From assembly GCA_964564475.1 (NCBI GenBank), contig CAZMBM010000003.1, forward strand, positions 1 to 48,786: a stretch of DNA of 48,786 bases. Reading direction: 5' to 3'. Under the pieces are notes generated by a model. The model was not told the DNA's origin. It did no database searches and saw nothing but the letters and a program-made list of their open reading frames with translations. The stretch is from an uncultured Flavobacteriaceae bacterium (GTDB lineage: Bacteria > Bacteroidota > Bacteroidia > Flavobacteriales > Flavobacteriaceae). The position numbers and the translations under genes are program-made. Below are positions 44,759 to 48,786 of this stretch, in pieces. Position 1 is the first letter of the stretch; every line of letters begins with the position of its first letter.

Positions 44759-45352
44759 ATGAAAAAGTCTAAAATTTTAATGTTAATTGGCAGTCTCCTG
44801 TTACTTGTATTGTTTGTAGCGCCTTTATGGAATATTACGCTTGAAGCCCCGCAATATCCACAAGCCATAGGAATGAACATTCACATTACAAAAATTGCCG
44901 ATGCCAATCCTAATGACATTAAGAATATTAATTTAATGAATCATTATGTGGGGATGAAACCCATTCCTACAGATATGACAGAATTTAAAATATTTCCACT
45001 AGTCATTGGCGGGATGGCCTTATTGGGGCTTTTAATAGCTTTTAAAGCCCATTACAAATGGTACTTAATATGGTTTGTAATTATGTTGGTTTTAGGAACG
45101 GCCGGCATGTACGATTTTTATCTATGGGAATACGACTACGGCACCAATTTAAGCAGTAAAGCCGCCATTAAATTTACAAATCCGGATGGAACACCAATGG
45201 CCTATCAACCGCCGTTATTCGGCACGAAACACATCCTAAATTTTACGGCACATTCATATCCGAGATTGGGCGCTTACGCCTTATTTTTAGGGATGTTATT
45301 AGCACTTTTAGCCTTTTTTAAAGGCGCTAAAGAAAGCAAAGAAAAAGTTTAA
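44759..45352 (+). CDS. nosB: Four-TM membrane protein downstream of nosZ (NosB-like)
   Basis: 197 aa with four hydrophobic helices. Its position immediately 3' of a clade II nosZ is where the membrane protein called nosB is described. The assignment rests on position and topology only. Confidence 0.5.
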   Translation: MKKSKILMLIGSLLLLVLFVAPLWNITLEAPQYPQAIGMNIHITKIADANPNDIKNINLMNHYVGMKPIPTDMTEFKIFPLVIGGMALLGLLIAFKAHYKWYLIWFVIMLVLGTAGMYDFYLWEYDYGTNLSSKAAIKFTNPDGTPMAYQPPLFGTKHILNFTAHSYPRLGAYALFLGMLLALLAFFKGAKESKEKV

Positions 45353-45426
45353 AACTTAGTTGCGTTTAAATGCTTATAAAACTCGGTTATTTTAATTAAA
45401 TTTACACACTACTAATTATTAAAACA

Positions 45427-45861
45427 ATGACTAAAAAAGCTGTTGTATTTATTTCTATGCTCTTTTACCTAACGGCTTGTAGCGTAAAACCAAAGCCTAT
45501 AAATTATGGTCAAGCACATTGTTATCACTGCGAAATGACCATTGTCGATCAAAATCATGCGGCGCTTTTTGTTACTAAAAAAGGGAAACAATTTAATTTT
45601 GATGCTGTTGAGTGTTTGATTGGAAGTCTAAAAAAAACAGATAAAACGCAAGTAGCTCAGATTATGGTAACCCAATACGGACATCCCAAACAAATGATTG
45701 ATGCCAATAAAGCCGTTTATCTTATAAGCGAGGGCATAAGAAGTCCTATGGGCGCTAATTTATCGGCCTTTGGCTCTAAAGAAGAAGCCCAAAAAGCCCA
45801 ACAAGAGTTTGGCGGAACGCTTTATACTTGGGCGCAAATTAAAAATCAGATTTCATTTTAA
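45427..45861 (+). CDS. nosL: Copper chaperone lipoprotein NosL
   Basis: Lipobox LTAC, CYHCEM metal-binding motif, and C-terminal SPMGANLSAF. Length 144 aa. Confidence 0.8.
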   Translation: MTKKAVVFISMLFYLTACSVKPKPINYGQAHCYHCEMTIVDQNHAALFVTKKGKQFNFDAVECLIGSLKKTDKTQVAQIMVTQYGHPKQMIDANKAVYLISEGIRSPMGANLSAFGSKEEAQKAQQEFGGTLYTWAQIKNQISF

Positions 45862-47090
45862 TGAAACTTAAAATAGTTATATTACTTTTACTTTTACCTG
45901 TTTTAGCCCGGCCTTCAACTATAAAAGTTTGTAAAACTTGTAATAAAACAACTATTTCATCGGCTTTGGCGATAGCTCAAAAAGGGGATACAATTTTAAT
46001 CTATAAGGGGGTTTATAAAGCACACAACCTTCTTATAACAAAACCATTGACTATTATTGGAAAAGGTAATCCGGTAATTGACGGCGAGAGTAAAGAGACT
46101 ATTTTTACATTTAAAACCAATAATTTTAGTATTCAAAATCTAACTATCATTAATGTAGGACGCAGTTACACAAAAGATTATGCCGCCATTTTAGTCTCAC
46201 GAAGCAAACATTTTACAATTAAAAATATTAAAATCAGAAATTTATTTTTTGGTATTCTTATAGAAAAATCTCATTTCGGAGTTATTGAAAACAACAATAT
46301 AAAAAGCGAATCCAAAACCGAAGCCGGCGCCGGAAATGGCATTCATATGTGGCACTCGTCAAATATTGTTGTCAAAAATAACGATTTAAGCGGCTTACGT
46401 GACGGTATTTACTTTGAATTCGTTTCAAAGAGTGTTATTTCTCAAAACAAAAGTTATAACAACATAAGATACGGCCTGCATTTTATGTTTTCTAATAAAA
46501 ATGAATACCATCATAATGTATTTAAAGATAATGGCGCCGGTGTAGCGGTCATGTTTTCAAAATACATCAAAATGCACGACAATAAATTTCTTCACAATTG
46601 GGGTACGGCTTCCTACGGATTGTTGCTTAAAGAAATTTATGACGCAGAAATAATAAACAACACATTTCAACAAAATACTATTGGTATTAATGTAGAAGGC
46701 TCTACCCGTATTGATTATAAGCACAATACATTTTTAAGAAATGGCTGGGCCGTTAAGGTGCGTGGGGCTTGTTATCAAAACATATTTAAAAATAATAATT
46801 TTCTGTACAATGCCTTCGACCTTTCTTATAACAGTAAAATTAACAGCAATCTTTTTGAAAATAATTATTGGAGTGCCTATACAGGCTACGATTTAGATAA
46901 AAACGGTATTGGCGACATACCTTACCGTCCCGTAAAATTATTTAGCTATGTGGTAAATAAAACGCCAGAAACAATTGTGCTCCTAAGAAGTTTATTTGTA
47001 GATATTATTAACTTTTCAGAAAAAGTATCTCCTGTTTTTACACCCGATAAGTTGGTAGATAAATCGCCTTTAATGACTCAAATAAAATGA
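45861..47090 (+). CDS. nosD: NosD, periplasmic right-handed beta-helix copper-insertion protein
   Basis: 409 aa with a signal peptide. Repeated ~22-aa units (N.I.NN / GI.L) are typical of a parallel beta-helix. The start overlaps the nosL stop (TAATG). Confidence 0.9.
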   Translation: MKLKIVILLLLLPVLARPSTIKVCKTCNKTTISSALAIAQKGDTILIYKGVYKAHNLLITKPLTIIGKGNPVIDGESKETIFTFKTNNFSIQNLTIINVGRSYTKDYAAILVSRSKHFTIKNIKIRNLFFGILIEKSHFGVIENNNIKSESKTEAGAGNGIHMWHSSNIVVKNNDLSGLRDGIYFEFVSKSVISQNKSYNNIRYGLHFMFSNKNEYHHNVFKDNGAGVAVMFSKYIKMHDNKFLHNWGTASYGLLLKEIYDAEIINNTFQQNTIGINVEGSTRIDYKHNTFLRNGWAVKVRGACYQNIFKNNNFLYNAFDLSYNSKINSNLFENNYWSAYTGYDLDKNGIGDIPYRPVKLFSYVVNKTPETIVLLRSLFVDIINFSEKVSPVFTPDKLVDKSPLMTQIK

Positions 47091-47785
47091 TAAGAATAGA
47101 AAATTTACATAAAACCTTTGGAAAACTTAAAGTTTTAAATGCACTTGATTTAAAACTGGAATCGGGAAAACTTTATGCCATTTTAGGGCCAAATGGTTCA
47201 GGTAAAACCACATTAATAAAAAGTATATTGGGCATGGTCGTACCTGAAAAAGGGAGCATTTTTATAGATGACGTGTCTGTTTTGGGTAAATGGGCTTATA
47301 GAAATGATATAAATTATCTGCCGCAAATAGCCAACTTTCCTGGTAATTTAAGTGTCTCAGAACTCTTAAAAATGGTGAAAAACCTGCGTCCAAAACCAGC
47401 CGATGAACAAGCTTTAATAACGCGTTTTGGCTTAGAGCCTTTTTTAAACAAAAAACTGAGCAATCTTTCGGGAGGAACCAAGCAAAAAGTAAATTTAGTG
47501 CTTACCTTTATGTTTGACAGTCCTATAATCATTTTAGATGAGCCCACAACAGGATTAGACCCCATATCATTAATCCATTTAAAAGAGATTATCCAAAAAG
47601 AGAAAGAACGCGGTAAAACCCTTTTGGTAACAACACACATAATGAGTTTGGTAATCGAGTTTGCAGATGAAATGGTGTTTTTACTCGACGGTAAAATCTA
47701 TTTTAAAGGGAGCGTTAATACACTTAAAAAACAAACTGAGGAAGATGATTTTGAAAGAGCTATTGCCAAATTGTTAAAACAATAA
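47087..47785 (+). CDS. nosF: NosF, ABC transporter ATP-binding protein
   Basis: Walker A GPNGSGKTT, signature LSGGTKQK, Walker B IIILDEPTTGLD. ATGA overlap with nosD. Confidence 0.9.
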   Translation: MIRIENLHKTFGKLKVLNALDLKLESGKLYAILGPNGSGKTTLIKSILGMVVPEKGSIFIDDVSVLGKWAYRNDINYLPQIANFPGNLSVSELLKMVKNLRPKPADEQALITRFGLEPFLNKKLSNLSGGTKQKVNLVLTFMFDSPIIILDEPTTGLDPISLIHLKEIIQKEKERGKTLLVTTHIMSLVIEFADEMVFLLDGKIYFKGSVNTLKKQTEEDDFERAIAKLLKQ

Positions 47786-47789
47786 AAAG

Positions 47790-48572
47790 ATGTTAAAAAT
47801 ATTAAAATACAGTTTTTTTGATTTAATGCGTAGCCGTTGGAGTTATGTGTACTTTATATTTTATTTGGCATTGGGTTTTGTACTTCTATTTTTAAATAAC
47901 AATATTTCTAAAGCCATTATAACCTTGATGAATATTATAATAGTGTTAACCCCGCTAATAGCAACTATTTTTGGTGTTATGTATTATTATAATTCACGTG
48001 AATTTACCGAGTTACTTCTGGCACAGCCCCTTAAGAGAAAACAGATTTTTATGGGACAATATTTGGGTGTCGCCATATCATTGAGTTTGAGTTTAATACT
48101 GGGTTTGGGGATTCCGTTTATAGCTTATGGCCTTTTTAAGTCGGCTGTAATATTCAATTTTATACTACTTATAGTTGTTGGAGGCTTTTTAAATTTCATT
48201 TTTGTCGCCTTGTCTTATAACATAGCACTGTCTAATGAAAATAAGATAAAAGGATTTGGCTATGCCATTTTAATGTGGCTGTTTTTAGCTGTTATATACG
48301 ATGGTGTCTTTTTAATTTCCTTAGTTGTTTTTAACGATTATCCTTTAGATAAAGCGGCTTTAATTGCTTCGATGCTCAACCCGATAGATTTATCGCGAAT
48401 TCTTATAATCCTCAAATTAGATATTTCGGCTTTACTGGGTTATACAGGCGCTGTTTTTAAAGCGTTTTTTGGAACTAATCTGGGACTCATTACCTCTTTA
48501 GGGGTTCTTACCCTGTGGATAGTTTTACCCGTTTGGCGTATCAACAGAAAAGTCACAAAAAAAGATTTTTAG
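47790..48572 (+). CDS. nosY: NosY, ABC-2-type permease
   Basis: 260 aa with about six TM helices, 4 nt after nosF. Confidence 0.85.
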   Translation: MLKILKYSFFDLMRSRWSYVYFIFYLALGFVLLFLNNNISKAIITLMNIIIVLTPLIATIFGVMYYYNSREFTELLLAQPLKRKQIFMGQYLGVAISLSLSLILGLGIPFIAYGLFKSAVIFNFILLIVVGGFLNFIFVALSYNIALSNENKIKGFGYAILMWLFLAVIYDGVFLISLVVFNDYPLDKAALIASMLNPIDLSRILIILKLDISALLGYTGAVFKAFFGTNLGLITSLGVLTLWIVLPVWRINRKVTKKDF

Positions 48573-48689
48573 GATAAGTATATCACACGTAGTTAAGTGT
48601 CTTGATTTTAAACACCTTAAACTGATAAATATCATATTTTTATTTCTTAAAAGTAACTAACTTTATAGTCCATTCTTAAAAGGTGTGTT

Positions 48690-48786
48690 ATGGAAGCTAA
48701 AAAAAACGCACGATATAGGTTAGAAAATTATTCCAAACTTTTTTTACAGCTTGGCCTTGCCCTCTCGTTATTGGTTATTTATTTAG
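48690..48786 (+). CDS. N-terminal fragment of a TonB-like energy transducer (3' end outside window)
   Basis: ATG at 48690. MEAKKNARYRLENYSKLFLQLGLALSLLVIYL resembles the MEAKKN...TM-anchor start of flavobacterial TonB proteins. Only 32 aa are visible. Confidence 0.4.
   Translation, partial: MEAKKNARYRLENYSKLFLQLGLALSLLVIYL

Noticed and set aside
1-48786. CRISPR arrays, rRNA/tRNA genes, prophage or defence-island signatures
   Set aside because: There are no regularly spaced direct repeats. The palindromic repeats are single dispersed copies. No integrase, restriction, toxin-antitoxin or phage structural genes were recognised among the ORFs.

Overview
This 48.8-kb chromosomal window comes from a low-GC member of Bacteroidota, very likely class Flavobacteriia. 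The taxon call rests on a GldH-type gliding lipoprotein, TAnnTTTG-type promoter boxes, many lipobox proteins, and GH3/PSP1/DUF3667/NRDE gene content. I support about 46 tightly packed protein-coding genes and saw no rRNA, tRNA or CRISPR array. Positions 1-31.6 kb and 36.5-41 kb are ordinary housekeeping: gmk tail, nadD, M23 peptidase, GH3, MOSC, two alpha/beta hydrolases, OmpA-like, apbE, a TPR plus beta-barrel pair, TlpA-like, Kelch, ftsE-like, two glycosyltransferases, rsmG, desaturase, aminotransferase, thioesterase, xth, acyl-CoA synthetase-like, PBP1A, gldH, PSP1/RicT-like, ferredoxin, holB, plsC, trpS, pruA, NRDE, DUF3667, apaG. Three parts are less ordinary. (i) An AT-rich spacer of about 1.1 kb (31.6-32.7 kb) carries a degenerate-looking IS1595/ISXO2-like gene, followed by an orphan 1230-aa multi-PAS/GAF HisKA_3 histidine kinase. 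(ii) A complete clade II (non-Tat) nitrous-oxide reductase cluster sits at 41.6-48.6 kb: FAS1 lipoprotein, cytochrome c, nosZ, nosB-like, nosL, nosD, nosF, nosY. It has a divergent Rrf2 regulator and no nosR/X or nosGH module. (iii) Two families of palindromic REP-like elements lie at three convergent gene junctions, and one locus looks MITE-like. I do not see a clear-cut, entirely unknown multi-gene system such as a defence island. All product calls come from reading the translated ORFs and recalling family motifs; no database search was run.
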